Source of the DNA: Verrucomicrobiota bacterium
Lineage (GTDB): Bacteria; Verrucomicrobiota; Verrucomicrobiia; Limisphaerales; AAA164-E04
Direction: 5' to 3'
DNA: 64,000 nt
Assembly (NCBI GenBank): GCA_047947115.1
Contig: CP170459.1
Span: forward strand, 5,600,001 to 5,664,000
The translations under genes and the position numbers were made by a program. Shown piece after piece: positions 40,154 to 50,162 of this stretch. Within the stretch, counting starts at the first letter, position 1. Each line of letters starts with the position of its first letter. Under the pieces are notes generated by a model. It made no database searches and was not told the origin of the DNA. It worked only from the letters and a program-made list of their open reading frames with translations.

Positions 40154-41953
40154 TTATGGCTGCAAGTTCTCGGAAGTCTTTCCTTCAGTCATTTTTGACA
40201 TCGCCGAATCCAGATTGAATTGGTCACGTTGACGGTTTGAGGGATCTCCATGCTGAAGCGCCAGTCTGAAATGATGAACTGCCGATTCATACAATCCCTC
40301 CTCCTCAAGCAGCAACCCTAAATTACAGTGAGCGTTGGCATGAGCAGGATTCTTTTCAAGCGCTTGTTGATAATGAGTTTTAGCTTCATAACTCCGCCCA
40401 ACGAGGTGAGCGGCCAATCCTGCTTGATATTGCATCGATATGCTGTCTGGGGCAATCTCAAGTCCCTTGAGGATGGCCTGGTATGCTGCCTGATGTTTTC
40501 CTGCCCACCCGAACACTTTAGAAAGGTTCATCATTGCCACACCGTGCTCTCCCGGCTCGATACCACTTAATACGTCCTGAGTCACAGCAGTGATACTTTG
40601 CTCATTCCACAAGGGTTTGATCCAGCCTTCTGATTCCAATGTTCTAATAATTTCAAGAGCAAGTAGGCGGTTGGATTCAATGGTCGGATGTACATGATCC
40701 AGAAATACGGATGCACCTGGAATGCCGTTGGGGGAATGGGTTTCTTGTATCTTGATGAAATCCACGATGGGAATGTTATACTCCTTCCCAACTTGCCGGA
40801 TGATTTCAGAAACAGGACTCAAGGCTCGCAGTGGGCAGACATCCTCATCTTTGGCTTTCATGTAAGATTCTTTGGCTTTATAAAACTTCCCGGTTGCTTC
40901 CAATGCTCTGCCTTTTGAGAAATGGAGCAAAGCTGGCATGGGATCAATTTTCTCAGCTTCTTCCAAAGCAGCGAAAGTAACCACAGGATCCCTCCGTTCA
41001 AAAGCATCACGGGCTCGATCATAGTGGGATTGCCATGTTTGCTGCTCTTCTTTGGAAAGAGAACTGTCAAAACTGCTCTTGAAAGGTGTAACATCCCGCA
41101 AATTACTCGATGGATTGACGAATACGACTTTTGCACCGACTGAGGTGGCGATATCCACCATGCGATGTAAGTTAAACTCAAAATGCTTAAGCACTTTTTC
41201 TTGTCCGTCCTTGTCGCGTTTATAAGTGTCGGGACCTTTTGTGTGATCCAAAATAGCGTCAACATCACCTTTGAGTAGTTTTGATACTGACTTGTCTTCC
41301 TGTCCGGACCGGATCCAAGGATTAACCGCACGTTTTAAAAGAGTCGCTGAACGCAAGCGCCGGGCAAATCTGGTCAAAGGCTTCAAGGAATTCGGAATTT
41401 GAGGGAGTTTATGATAAATCCGATCTTCAAGAAATTCATTGTGCCCCGTATATACCACAAAAAGATCCGGTTGGTATTCACTCAGTTCTTCCATTAATTT
41501 CGCTACTCGATAGCTCGCGTAACTCACCCCGCCCGCGTTGATAACTTCGATTTCCTTGTCGGGCACCATGACCTTCAAAAAAGCCCTCATCCAACCATTG
41601 AAGGAAGTTTGATCCCGATAAGGTCGTCCGAATGTAGTGGAGCCACCCATTGAGAAGATTCTGAAAACATTATTTTGTTTATCTCGTGCGAAGCTTTGTT
41701 GATTAAACAATTGGAGACGTTGAGGTAAAGTTTCCAGATGAGTCCCCGATTCAACAAACAAGCGCGAAGTTGATTCAAATCCCACATATGGATCGGGCAT
41801 AAAAGATTCTGGTTTGACTCCTAGCAGCAGTAGAATCAGTTCAATAAGCCCGAAACTCAACAAAATGGCTACACCGGAAAATATAAGACGTTTAAGCAAA
41901 CTCAATCTCGGATGGGATGGTTGATTTTCAACGTGACTTTTGTGTTTGCTCAT
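40154..41953 (-). CDS. Membrane-anchored SGNH/GDSL-like hydrolase with TPR repeats
   Basis: N-terminal TM; GGSTT, INAGG, YTGHNE and FLDHVHP; TPR-like helices. Confidence 0.85.
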   Translation of the reverse strand: MSKHKSHVENQPSHPRLSLLKRLIFSGVAILLSFGLIELILLLLGVKPESFMPDPYVGFESTSRLFVESGTHLETLPQRLQLFNQQSFARDKQNNVFRIFSMGGSTTFGRPYRDQTSFNGWMRAFLKVMVPDKEIEVINAGGVSYASYRVAKLMEELSEYQPDLFVVYTGHNEFLEDRIYHKLPQIPNSLKPLTRFARRLRSATLLKRAVNPWIRSGQEDKSVSKLLKGDVDAILDHTKGPDTYKRDKDGQEKVLKHFEFNLHRMVDIATSVGAKVVFVNPSSNLRDVTPFKSSFDSSLSKEEQQTWQSHYDRARDAFERRDPVVTFAALEEAEKIDPMPALLHFSKGRALEATGKFYKAKESYMKAKDEDVCPLRALSPVSEIIRQVGKEYNIPIVDFIKIQETHSPNGIPGASVFLDHVHPTIESNRLLALEIIRTLESEGWIKPLWNEQSITAVTQDVLSGIEPGEHGVAMMNLSKVFGWAGKHQAAYQAILKGLEIAPDSISMQYQAGLAAHLVGRSYEAKTHYQQALEKNPAHANAHCNLGLLLEEEGLYESAVHHFRLALQHGDPSNRQRDQFNLDSAMSKMTEGKTSENLQP

Positions 41954-42310
41954 AGGAGCTGCACATTATCGTTCCCGGGCAATTTTCTTGTCAATCCAAT
42001 TGATTTCCCCGCTTTTGACAGACTACTCATTCACAACCAAAAAGCTATGAATGTCTAGTCGGCAAAAGGCGGTCTCAACTCAGGTCAACCAAAAACGCCA
42101 ACAACAAAACCAAAGACAGCGCCGAGCAAAAAACTTGTTACAATCCATACAAGCGAGGAACCCTGGTCGCGTCAGCTTTGAACATTCCAGATCGCATAAA
42201 CCTCCCTATTTCAATCGCCCAGAGGCATGATAAACGTTCACAAGCACCCACCACCCCTGGATGCAGGAATCACCTCTGCGAGAGGGAGTCCCTTACACGT
42301 CACACTCCCC

Positions 42311-43156
42311 TTACTCCTGAACAGGTATCTTGTAAAAACAAAGCCAGCTACCAACCCTCGCGCCAAGATCGATCGAGGCCCGAGCGTTGTTGATGTTGAA
42401 CCGAAACCACTCGGCATGCCCATCTTCAAAAAGAAAATTGCCCCCCTCAGGCGAACCATCCTGGTTCCGATGTGTGGCGGCTGGAACACGTTTTCCATCA
42501 CTCTCCGTATACCAATCAACGGTTCCGGAATTATTGGCCACATTCCAATTTCCCAGTCCCTGCAGACGATCGGTCAAAATCGGTGCATTTTTGAAACGCC
42601 CGCCCAATTTTTTACGTTTCACCCAGTCTTCGACACCACTGACATTGTATTCAGCGCTGGAAGTCGTGCGTCCAGGCAAATAAAAGTATCCCGTCAGAAC
42701 TGGTTTGAGATGCGCCTGAGGATCGCCATTACGCCAGAGATCCGCGACACGATGCCACTTGTCCGTCGGACAAAAGATCAGGTGGAATTTGTCTTTCTCC
42801 TGTTCGGTTTTCTTGGATTCCATCAGGTAGTTCTTCCAGAAATCCGCCATCGATGGCCCCATCCAGCTCAAATGCTGACCTTGAGAATTATCCGGGAACG
42901 AATTATCCCAATCCGCCGCATACATCTGTATGGCAATCCCCCATTGCCGCTGGTTGCTGAGACATAATGTCTGGTTGGCCTTGGCTTTTGCCTTGCTCAA
43001 TGCGGGCAGAAGCATTCCCGCCAGAATAGCGATGATGGCAATGACGACCAACAATTCGATCAAGGTGAAACCGTGACGGCGGCATGCCCTGACACGATGA
43101 TTACGAGTCTTCTCACTCAAAGAGCAGACCATAGAAGTAGCGCATGGAATCTTCAT
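42311..43156 (-). CDS. Prepilin-type N-terminal cleavage/methylation domain protein
   Basis: [26 protein letters not shown] and [10 protein letters not shown]. Confidence 0.9.
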   Translation of the reverse strand: MKIPCATSMVCSLSEKTRNHRVRACRRHGFTLIELLVVIAIIAILAGMLLPALSKAKAKANQTLCLSNQRQWGIAIQMYAADWDNSFPDNSQGQHLSWMGPSMADFWKNYLMESKKTEQEKDKFHLIFCPTDKWHRVADLWRNGDPQAHLKPVLTGYFYLPGRTTSSAEYNVSGVEDWVKRKKLGGRFKNAPILTDRLQGLGNWNVANNSGTVDWYTESDGKRVPAATHRNQDGSPEGGNFLFEDGHAEWFRFNINNARASIDLGARVGSWLCFYKIPVQE

Positions 43157-43428
43157 AAGGGTAACGGGATTTAAACGTTTCTAAGCACTATCATGAAAAA
43201 GGTCAACTCACATTCCTCTCAATGAAGCCATTCACCCAATTCACACATCAATCCACCTCATGCCCCCAATCGACGCAGGAATATAAAAAATTACTATGTT
43301 CCTATTCTTGGCCACGCCATCCCGCTCATCTCATCGCTCCACAACTGCAGTGGCTGCATATCCATATCCAGTCAAAACATCAATTATCTGGTGCTTCCCT
43401 GAACATCTGTCAAACTGGCGTCGACATT

Positions 43429-44262
43429 ATGGCAGAAATCGGTCGCCTCAACTCATTAACCATTCTCCACCGGACGCCCCAGGGATTCTACCTGGATGGC
43501 GCAGAGCACGGTGATATCCTGCTTCCTTCCCGCTACATCACCCCAGCAATGAAGGAAGGAGAAACCCTCACCGTTTTTGTTTATCGGGATTCCGAAGACA
43601 GATTGATTGCCACCACGGAACGTCCCAAAGCCATTGCGGGTGACTTTGCCTGTCTTGAAGTTACCAGCGTACATCCCAAAGTCGGCGCGTTTTTGAACTG
43701 GGGACTCTCCAAGGACCTGCTGCTGCCGTTTCGCGAGCAACCCAAAACCGTTCGCACAGGTCAAAAGGTCCTTGTCAAAGTGGCGCTGGATCCAAAATCC
43801 GAACGCATCATCGCCACCATGCGCCTGAATCGTTGGTTGGAAAAGCAAACACCCCACTACCGAAATGGGCAATCCGTGCGGTTGTGGATGATCGACACCA
43901 CCCCAATGGGCTGGAACGCACTGATCAATGAAAGTCACATTGGATTGCTTTATCACGACGAAAGCACCACCTCCTTGTCGTCCGGAATGAAAATTAAAGG
44001 CTACATCCAGCGCATGCGAGAGGATGGAAAAATCGACCTTACCCTGAATCCGGACCGAGGTGCACGTGTCACCACCCTCTCAACAAAAATCCTGGAATCC
44101 CTTGATCAAAATCAGGGCTACCTGCCACTCAACGACAAAAGCGCCCCGGAAGAAATTCGCGACACGTTCGGAGTCAGCAAAAAGGACTTCAAACAAACCA
44201 TCGGCACCCTCTACAAAGAACGAAAAATCAGCATTGATGCGGATGGGATTCGTTTGATTTGA
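43429..44262 (+). CDS. cvfB: CvfB/YitL family S1 RNA-binding protein
   Basis: VFVYRDSEDRLIATT, GAFLNWGLSKDLL, REDGKIDL and FGVSKKDFK..IG.LYK. Confidence 0.9.
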   Translation: MAEIGRLNSLTILHRTPQGFYLDGAEHGDILLPSRYITPAMKEGETLTVFVYRDSEDRLIATTERPKAIAGDFACLEVTSVHPKVGAFLNWGLSKDLLLPFREQPKTVRTGQKVLVKVALDPKSERIIATMRLNRWLEKQTPHYRNGQSVRLWMIDTTPMGWNALINESHIGLLYHDESTTSLSSGMKIKGYIQRMREDGKIDLTLNPDRGARVTTLSTKILESLDQNQGYLPLNDKSAPEEIRDTFGVSKKDFKQTIGTLYKERKISIDADGIRLI

Positions 44263-44291
44263 CTGGAAAGTTTTTTAGAACCGCAGATCGA

Positions 44292-45755
44292 TCAGATGGT
44301 CGAAGACTTTGAGATCATTCGCTTGAACGATCCGATAACATTCCCCTCATTTTGGTCAATGCGTTCGGGACGACCTTTGTAAGGGTAGATGAGTTCGGTA
44401 TGATCAACTCCAAGCAGGTGAAGAATTGTGGCGTGAAAATCATGCACGTGGGATATTTCTGTTACTGCATGCAATCCCAACTCGTCCGTTTCGCCGATCG
44501 CGGTGCCACCTTGAACTCCGCCTCCGGCTAACCACATGGTAAAGCCCGTTGGATTGTGGTCACGTCCATCCCCTTTTTCAGACATGGGGGTCCGGCCGAA
44601 TTCGCCACCCCAGATAACCAATGTTTCATCAAGCAGCCCTCGTTGTTTCAAATCTGTCAACAACGCCGCCACAGGTTGATCCATCTCCTTGCAAAGTCGG
44701 GTGTGGTTTTTTTCAATCTGGTCGTGACTGTCCCACTTGGATCCGGCCCCATGGTAAAGCTGAACAAAACGGACGCCTCGTTCAACGAGTCGGCGAGCCA
44801 GCAGGCAGTTTTGACCAAACACGGCGGTTTCTTTCTGATCCATGCCGTACATTTGGCGCGTCGTTTCGGTTTCTCCCGCAAGATGGATGGCTTCCGGAGC
44901 TTCGGCCTGCATTCGGAAGGCCAGCTCGTAGCTTTGAATTCGCGCGTCCAGATCGGTATTGGATGTGCGTCCCTTTTGATGCGCGCGATTAAGCTGTTCC
45001 AGGAAGGACAGCTTTCTGGACTGCCGGGATTCGGTGACTCCTTCAGGATTCTTCAAATTCAGGATGGGTTCGTCTCCCGGTTCAAAAAGGGTTCCTTGAT
45101 AAAGGGAAGGCATGAATCCGGCCCCCCAACTTCGCACACCATTGACGACCATGTTTTTGTTGTCCTTGATCACAACGAAACCCGGGAGGTTTCTGTTCGC
45201 CGTGCCAAGCCCGTAGGAAACCCAGGCACCGAGTGAAGGACGCCCCCCGAATACCGATCCGGTATTCATTTGGCAAACGCCGCCTGCATGGTTGATGCCA
45301 TCGGAAACACACGATCGCAGCACGCACAACTCATCGGCTTTCTGCGACAAATGAGGAAGCCAATCGGAAATCCACAAACCCGATTGGCCATGCTGTTTCC
45401 ATTCACGCTTGCATTCCAGCAGCGGGGAATTCTGCTCCCCCATCGCGGTGATGGGTTTAGGGAAACTCCCGGGTAATTTCTGACCGGCGAGTTTGTTCAA
45501 AAGCGGTTTGGGATCGAACAAATCGATGTGACTCGGCCCACCTTCCATGAAAAGAAAGATAACATTCTTGGCGCGCCCCGGGGCATGCGGCACCTTGGCC
45601 TGCATCGGATTTCCCCTCGCAAAAGGATCACTGATGCCGGCAATCAAATCCGCATCACGTGACATGGCTGCCAACGCCACCGCGCCAAAGCCCATGCCCG
45701 CACGTTGCAAAAAACCGCGTCGCGTCTGGATATTTTCATAGTGAGGCTGTTTCAT
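44292..45755 (-). CDS. DUF1501 domain protein (Tat-exported)
   Basis: TRRGFL; MEGGPSHIDLFDPKP; GGEFGRTP; GRDHNP. Confidence 0.93.
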   Translation of the reverse strand: MKQPHYENIQTRRGFLQRAGMGFGAVALAAMSRDADLIAGISDPFARGNPMQAKVPHAPGRAKNVIFLFMEGGPSHIDLFDPKPLLNKLAGQKLPGSFPKPITAMGEQNSPLLECKREWKQHGQSGLWISDWLPHLSQKADELCVLRSCVSDGINHAGGVCQMNTGSVFGGRPSLGAWVSYGLGTANRNLPGFVVIKDNKNMVVNGVRSWGAGFMPSLYQGTLFEPGDEPILNLKNPEGVTESRQSRKLSFLEQLNRAHQKGRTSNTDLDARIQSYELAFRMQAEAPEAIHLAGETETTRQMYGMDQKETAVFGQNCLLARRLVERGVRFVQLYHGAGSKWDSHDQIEKNHTRLCKEMDQPVAALLTDLKQRGLLDETLVIWGGEFGRTPMSEKGDGRDHNPTGFTMWLAGGGVQGGTAIGETDELGLHAVTEISHVHDFHATILHLLGVDHTELIYPYKGRPERIDQNEGNVIGSFKRMISKSSTI

Positions 45756-45757
45756 GA

Positions 45758-47899
45758 TCAGTGGAGGTAGAGAAATTCATTGGAACTCAGCAACATTTGA
45801 CACATATCCACAAGGCTGTCCCCTTCTGCGCGGTTGTCCTGAAGAAAAGTCACGGCCATGTGAATTTCTGCTTCACCCGCATGACGCCCGTAACACCGTT
45901 GATACGCCTCCCTGACCATCGCGACAACATCATCACCATGAGTCGAACGAAGCAGTTCGGCGAATTGCTGGGCGCGTTTAAGGATCCAATCGCCGTTCAT
46001 CAACAACAATGCCTGCCCCGGAGTCGTGGTCGCATCCCGAACAGGCGTACTATTGAACCCTGTGGGAGAATCGAAACCTTTCAGTATTTCGTCGGGCGTA
46101 TTGCGTATCTTCCGCACATAGATACTGCGGCGCTGCCGGTCACCCTTGACCGAAGGTCCACCCAGTGAACGGTCCAGTTCACCGCTGACAGTCAACATCG
46201 CATCACGCACTTGCGCCGCATCCAAACGCTGCGGAGGATAACGCCACAGCAGTCGGTTTATCGGATCGGTTTCCGATTCCCTTGCCCCGGGCTCGCGTCG
46301 GGCGGTTTGCTGATAGGTGGATGAATGAACAATCAAACGATGCATGTGCTTGAAACTCCAGCCGGAGGCCAGAAACTCGGAAGCCAGCCAGTCAAGCAAT
46401 TCAGGATGACTGGGCGCTTTTCCCAATTCACCAAAATCATTGGGAGACGCCACCAAACCATCTTTGAAGTGTTTGAGCCAAATGCGATTGACGATCACCC
46501 TCGGTGTCAGCGGATGTTTCTCATCGGTCAACCATTCTGCCAATGTGGAACGTCGACCGGTCGTGTTGCCATGAGCCGGAGATTGTATTGACTGGGAGGC
46601 CGGCTCCAGCACACTCAGAAAGCCGGGATCAATGTCTCGCGCTCCGGCGCGATTTTTGAGCAGGACCTTGGGTGCGTTCCTTCCCACATCCGATGCAACA
46701 AAAGCCGGCGTTAAGGAAGCAGGCTTGAGATAATCGTAAGCTTTCAACGCTGCGCGCAGTTGTTTGAGTTTCTCGGATTCTTCGCCCTTGATGGATTTGG
46801 TTTCATCAAAACGTTCCCGTTCGTATTCCACCTGGATATTGGCCAGGTCCATCAACTGCTGCTGATACGGTGTCCGCTGTTCTTTCGGCATCGCGAAGAT
46901 AGCCTGAATGGCTTCGGGAAACATGATGAGCGCGGCGTGTTGCCTGGCCTTGATCTGAGGCTCGACAATGGCGTCAATCTGTTCCCGTAAATCTTTGGTG
47001 GCCTCCAGCCAGACCTGAAGCTGGCGTTCATGTTCTCTCTTTTGCTTAGGAGTCGCCAGCGGCACATCGAACTTCCAACTGACCGGCGCCAACATGGCCT
47101 TGAGGCGGTAGTAATCTTCTTGGGGAATCGGATCGAATTTATGGTCGTGGCACTGGGCGCAACCGATACCCACTCCCATGAACACTTCGCCTGTCAACGA
47201 TGTCAGCTCGTCCACAATCAACTCCCAGTGCATTTCCACATTACGCTGATTATACTCGTAAATACCGTTTCTCAAATAGGCAGTCCCAATCATCACATCC
47301 GGATTGTCAGGAGCAATCTCGTCACCTGCCAATTGTTCCCTTACGAACTGGTCATAACGTTTATCCTGGTTGAATGAGTTCACCACATAATCGCGGTAAG
47401 GCCAGGCATGAGGCCGGAAAGCGTCCTGACGATACCCGTCGGATTCCGCCCATCGCGTCACATCCAGCCAATGCTGCCCCCAGCGTTCGCCGTAATGCGG
47501 ACTGTTTAGCAATTCCTCGACCAGGTTCGACCACGCTTTGGGGTTGGTGTCGTTGGCAAATTGTTCGACAGCATCCGCACTGGGCGGAAGGCCGATCAAA
47601 TCAAAATAAACGCGCCGAATGAGTTCACGACGATCTGCCTTTGGGCTGGGCGTCAGATCGGCATTCTGTAGTGCTCGATCCACAAATCGATCGATGGGAT
47701 TCTGACTCCATTCATCCCCTGCCCTCAACGGGACTTCCGGGCGTTCCACCGGTTTGACCGCCCACCAATGTGCGGATGCATCCTCGACCGCAGAGGCAGC
47801 CTGAGAAACCATGACACCCGTCATGAAAACCGAAGCGAGCACCCTGCCCATTGTCGAACACCAGCTTGAAACAAAGGAATGAGATCGAATTTTTGGCAT
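45758..47899 (-). CDS. DUF1549/DUF1553 domain protein (no N-terminal cytochrome c domain)
   Basis: HYGERWGQHWLDV, CAQCHDHKFDP and PSHPELLDWLA. ATG overlaps the upstream stop (TAATG). Confidence 0.92.
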   Translation of the reverse strand: MPKIRSHSFVSSWCSTMGRVLASVFMTGVMVSQAASAVEDASAHWWAVKPVERPEVPLRAGDEWSQNPIDRFVDRALQNADLTPSPKADRRELIRRVYFDLIGLPPSADAVEQFANDTNPKAWSNLVEELLNSPHYGERWGQHWLDVTRWAESDGYRQDAFRPHAWPYRDYVVNSFNQDKRYDQFVREQLAGDEIAPDNPDVMIGTAYLRNGIYEYNQRNVEMHWELIVDELTSLTGEVFMGVGIGCAQCHDHKFDPIPQEDYYRLKAMLAPVSWKFDVPLATPKQKREHERQLQVWLEATKDLREQIDAIVEPQIKARQHAALIMFPEAIQAIFAMPKEQRTPYQQQLMDLANIQVEYERERFDETKSIKGEESEKLKQLRAALKAYDYLKPASLTPAFVASDVGRNAPKVLLKNRAGARDIDPGFLSVLEPASQSIQSPAHGNTTGRRSTLAEWLTDEKHPLTPRVIVNRIWLKHFKDGLVASPNDFGELGKAPSHPELLDWLASEFLASGWSFKHMHRLIVHSSTYQQTARREPGARESETDPINRLLWRYPPQRLDAAQVRDAMLTVSGELDRSLGGPSVKGDRQRRSIYVRKIRNTPDEILKGFDSPTGFNSTPVRDATTTPGQALLLMNGDWILKRAQQFAELLRSTHGDDVVAMVREAYQRCYGRHAGEAEIHMAVTFLQDNRAEGDSLVDMCQMLLSSNEFLYLH

Positions 47900-49998
47900 T
47901 ATTTCTCCTTTTGTCGAATCCATTGGACAGCGTCCAGAATCACATAGCCATCCGTCCCGCCGTTCCCAATGCTTACCTTGCCTTGATTGTCGAACGTATA
48001 GCTCCCCAACGAAACCGCCGCCCCATCAATCTCTGGTTTTTCACGCTGATTCACGGTCACCCGAGCCACACCCGATGCATGATGCACTTCCACCGGCACA
48101 TTCGTCGCCCGGTTCGGGTTGGGGGTGTAAGTCATTCTTACTTCATAGATACCCGGTTTGAGTTCGGTTTCGAACTGAGCAGACTCATTCCCTTTGTTCT
48201 CATTATTGTCATGATGATAGCCCCGTTCATAAAAAGGCTGCACCGAATGACTCATCCGCCAACCACGGCTGCGTATAGCAGCGAAATCATCCACCAAGAT
48301 TCCCTCCAGTTGGGTTGCTCCAGACTGAATCTGTGTCGCAATCTCCAACACCTGACCATCCTCAAGCAAACGCTCGCGGAGCCGATCATAAGGCAGGTCC
48401 TGCACGGGAAGTTGACTCTGGGATTCCAAACACATCATGGCAGCCGTTGCGGCCGATTGACCGAGAATCATGAATACGGGTTCCATGCGAATCGAACCAA
48501 AAGCAATGTGCGAACTGGACACACAAACCGGCACCAACAAATTATCACACTGCTCCTTCTTGGGAATCAAGGAACCGTAACTGATCTCATAAGGGCCCTG
48601 GGTCGACACCCCGATGTCCCCTTCGTTCTGCACGAATCCGTCAGGCATGATATAGCGTTGGACGTTATGACTGTCCATGGTGTAGGATCCCATCCCAACT
48701 GAACGGGGCGTGGGACGCCGTTTGAGCAGTTCGTTTTCGGTCATCACAAAATCCCCCACCATTCGCCTTGCTTCACGCACATAAATTTGATGGGGCCATC
48801 CACCATTATCCTTGAACTCGTCTCTGGCCAATCCGTAGCGGGCCATCTTGGATCGAACGTCTTCCGGCACGCGCGGATCATTTGCGATGAAATACATCAA
48901 TCCTTTCTGATACTGTTCATGCTCTCGAATAATTTCTCGGCGTCGTTCATAACTGCCCTCAGGATAATCATAATTGAAACCGATGTTATCAGTGCTGAAG
49001 GGGCCATGATTATTGGTATCCGTCTTGTGATTGGGAATCGGATCAAATTTGTTGAATGTCTGCCGCCAACCTGCATCAAAGATGCGCAACAACAATTCAT
49101 ACTGCCCCGGATCATAACCTTCGGGTTTTGGAAAGGGGATGCGGTTTTCTGGATGTGCCGTCAGGCACATGCGAAAACAATAAGCCTGAATCCGATGATC
49201 CCCCGCACCATAATCTCCGGGCGGTTCGGATGAAACGCGAGGCAGCACACCACTGGATGGATCACCGGGAATCTGGTAAGGACTCAATGGTTTTTTCACA
49301 GCGCCAAAATGATGACCGTGATGCAGCACGCCTGTTTGAACACCATTCCACTGTTCGTCATAGGTGTCCGTGCTTTCGCGACCGACATGATAATCCACAC
49401 CCGAAGTCGCCAGCAGATCCCCCTCATAAGTTGCGTCGATAAACATTCGCCCCCGATAAGTCTTCCCGGAAAGCATACGAATGGATTGAATCCTTGCACC
49501 TTCTTTCACCACACTGGTTGCCACATTCCGATCCAACCATTCATTGCGATGCACCGGAATGTCCAGTTCTGCGATCCATTCATCGAACACTGTCTCGGCG
49601 ACGTGAGGTTCGAAAATCCACATCGTGCGTTGCGCACCATCAATCGCCGGCGTCCCCTGGCCCTTGTTGCCATACTCTTCACGTTTTTGCCAACGCCAGG
49701 CGTCATTCTTCTGATATTGCTGCCAGACACGGTGATAGAACTCACGGCTCAGACCACCAATCACCGCCTTGTTACCGGTATCCGTCCAACCAAGTCCACC
49801 ACTGGTCAAACCACCCAGATGCTGGTCCGGACATACGATGATCACCGATTTCCCCATCCGCTTGGCCTGCACGGCCGATGTCACAGCAGCACTGGTACTC
49901 CCATAAACCACCAGGTCAAAAACCGGTTCAGCGGCCTTTACTGACACAAGCACAAGCAAACCTGCCACCATCGAGGCAATCCATTTGGGAAAATTCAT
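47899..49998 (-). CDS. Secreted FAD-dependent oxidoreductase with C-terminal golvesin/xanthan-lyase-like domain
   Basis: DLVVYGSTSA, GGLTSGGLG, FIDATYEGDL, YVREARRM and SIRMEP; C-terminal YEV..Y....NRATNVPV..DAV. Confidence 0.88.
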   Translation of the reverse strand: MNFPKWIASMVAGLLVLVSVKAAEPVFDLVVYGSTSAAVTSAVQAKRMGKSVIIVCPDQHLGGLTSGGLGWTDTGNKAVIGGLSREFYHRVWQQYQKNDAWRWQKREEYGNKGQGTPAIDGAQRTMWIFEPHVAETVFDEWIAELDIPVHRNEWLDRNVATSVVKEGARIQSIRMLSGKTYRGRMFIDATYEGDLLATSGVDYHVGRESTDTYDEQWNGVQTGVLHHGHHFGAVKKPLSPYQIPGDPSSGVLPRVSSEPPGDYGAGDHRIQAYCFRMCLTAHPENRIPFPKPEGYDPGQYELLLRIFDAGWRQTFNKFDPIPNHKTDTNNHGPFSTDNIGFNYDYPEGSYERRREIIREHEQYQKGLMYFIANDPRVPEDVRSKMARYGLARDEFKDNGGWPHQIYVREARRMVGDFVMTENELLKRRPTPRSVGMGSYTMDSHNVQRYIMPDGFVQNEGDIGVSTQGPYEISYGSLIPKKEQCDNLLVPVCVSSSHIAFGSIRMEPVFMILGQSAATAAMMCLESQSQLPVQDLPYDRLRERLLEDGQVLEIATQIQSGATQLEGILVDDFAAIRSRGWRMSHSVQPFYERGYHHDNNENKGNESAQFETELKPGIYEVRMTYTPNPNRATNVPVEVHHASGVARVTVNQREKPEIDGAAVSLGSYTFDNQGKVSIGNGGTDGYVILDAVQWIRQKEK

Positions 49999-50098
49999 GT
50001 GGAAATCCTACCCAACAGAATCAAAAAAACCAGACCAAAACAGCCGGAGAGCTGACAGAGGATTTAGAAAGATCTATTGACCTTGTCCTAAATCACAA

Positions 50099-50137
50099 CA
50101 AAAAAACCAGCAACCCCTACCCAAATTGCGTAGGAGC
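50099..50137 (-). terminator. Probable intrinsic terminator
   Basis: Minus strand GCTCCTAC-loop-GTAGGGGT followed shortly by a T-run, just after the stop at 50163. Confidence 0.5.
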
Positions 50138-50162
50138 ACCATTCATCATGATTGAATTCGAT

